From the NCBI GenBank assembly GCA_017648235.1, contig JAGCIZ010000255.1:1-27723 (forward strand): DNA of 27,723 bases. Reading direction: 5' to 3'. Shown here piece after piece: positions 26,745-27,723 of the stretch. Source of the DNA: Paludibacteraceae bacterium. GTDB taxonomy: Bacteria; Bacteroidota; Bacteroidia; Bacteroidales; Paludibacteraceae. Every line of letters starts with the position of its first letter. Position 1 is the stretch's first letter. Below the pieces are notes generated by a model that did no database searches, had not been told where the DNA came from, and saw nothing but the letters and a program-made list of their open reading frames with translations. The position numbers were made by a program, and so were the translations under genes.

Positions 26745-26860
26745 TTGCAAACCCTGAGTCTTACTGGAAATTTGTTATGAAAATAAGGTGTTTTTTATTA
26801 AAAAATAGCTTTAAAATAGCGAAATCTAGTGAAATTCAGTACTGTTGTACATATGCAAGG
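26745..26860 (+). promoter_or_regulatory. CRISPR leader
   Basis: 116-bp AT-rich non-coding stretch between cas2 and the first repeat. Confidence 0.75.
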
Positions 26861-27723
26861 GTTTAAACGAACTATTAAATTTCTACTGTTGTAGATAATC
26901 AATGCACGATTTATCATTTTGAGTTTAAACGAACTATTAAATTTCTACTGTTGTAGATCGGTGTGTTCGCAGACCGTGCCTATGTTTAAACGAACTATTA
27001 AATTTCTACTGTTGTAGATAACACCAAGAACACTTTGGATACATGTTTAAACGAACTATTAAATTTCTACTGTTGTAGATGTGCGAACCTCTTGCTCTGT
27101 TGTGTGTTTAAACGAACTATTAAATTTCTACTGTTGTAGATTGGGGGGGGGCTTTGGGTGCTTGTGGTTTAAACGAACTATTAAATTTCTACTGTTGTAG
27201 ATGCGGAGTCTATTTCTGCATTAACAGAAGTTTAAACGAACTATTAAATTTCTACTGTTGTAGATAGTTCAATTTCTAACCAAATTTTTAAAGTTTAAAC
27301 GAACTATTAAATTTCTACTGTTGTAGATCTTGGTACTTGAGTAATGAGAACGAAGTTTAAACGAACTATTAAATTTCTACTGTTGTAGATTTGACTTGGT
27401 TTTTTGAGTTTTTGTGTTTAAACGAACTATTAAATTTCTACTGTTGTAGATAAACATTTTGGCAAGTTCCCGAACTGTTTAAACGAACTATTAAATTTCT
27501 ACTGTTGTAGATACTATTTGGGAATGACTGAAGAAGAGTTTAAACGAACTATTAAATTTCTACTGTTGTAGATCTGGTATTTATGAATTTAAACAAGATG
27601 TTTAAACGAACTATTAAATTTCTACTGTTGTAGATATACCGCTGCTTATTGTGCGGTAACGTTTAAACGAACTATTAAATTTCTACTGTTGTAGATAACA
27701 GTTTGATTGTACTTATCTTGCAC
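26861..27723 (+). CRISPR. Type V-A CRISPR array, 14 identical 36-bp repeats, probably continuing past the window
   Basis: Repeat GTTTAAACGAACTATTAAATTTCTACTGTTGTAGAT (Cas12a handle AATTTCTAC-TGTT-GTAGAT) starts at 26861, 26923, 26984, 27045, 27106, 27167, 27230, 27293, 27355, 27416, 27477, 27538, 27600 and 27661. Thirteen unique 25-27 nt spacers plus a 27-nt terminal segment. Confidence 0.98.

Noticed and set aside
26853-26872. Leader pseudo-repeat plus ATGCAAGG(GT) as a self-regulatory guide
   Set aside because: In-window matches are only 6-10 nt (for example ~7266, ~14355 and ~20711) and lack a 5' TTTV PAM.
26897-27723. Self-targeting spacers within the window
   Set aside because: Only short chance matches of about 10 nt were seen by eye. 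The rest of the genome was not testable.

Overview
AT-rich bacterial chromosomal window. The gene mix (GH44 with a Por/T9SS-like tail, eukaryotic-type HisA, diverged secretin operon) suggests a Fibrobacterota-like gut organism; this is an inference. Left two-thirds: partial outer-membrane beta-barrel gene, compact secretin/PilMNOP-like/prepilin operon, CslA-like GT2, a TusA-domain/SGNH-like/Zn-finger/SulP cluster, and a minus-strand run GH44-arsC-hypothetical-hisA-GT4. Right third: rpn nuclease with a candidate intragenic antitoxin start, cvfB, then a type V-A CRISPR locus (cas12a-cas4-cas1-cas2, leader, at least 14 identical 36-bp repeats running to the window edge). Most notable observations: (1) cas12a really starts at 20885 but carries a 1-nt frameshift at about 20962, plus an R-to-C change in the SKTLRFEL motif, while the rest of the gene and the array look intact; (2) two convergent, apparently paralogous ~75-85 nt structured RNAs, each with its own promoter and terminator, lie just upstream of cas12a; (3) a degenerate repeat with a compensatory stem change sits in the CRISPR leader; (4) a REP/BIME-like palindromic mosaic with clear covariation occurs at ~11.9 kb and ~18 kb, with a degenerate copy at ~19.45 kb so that copies flank rpn. 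No tRNA or rRNA was recognised. All analysis was by eye; no searches were run.
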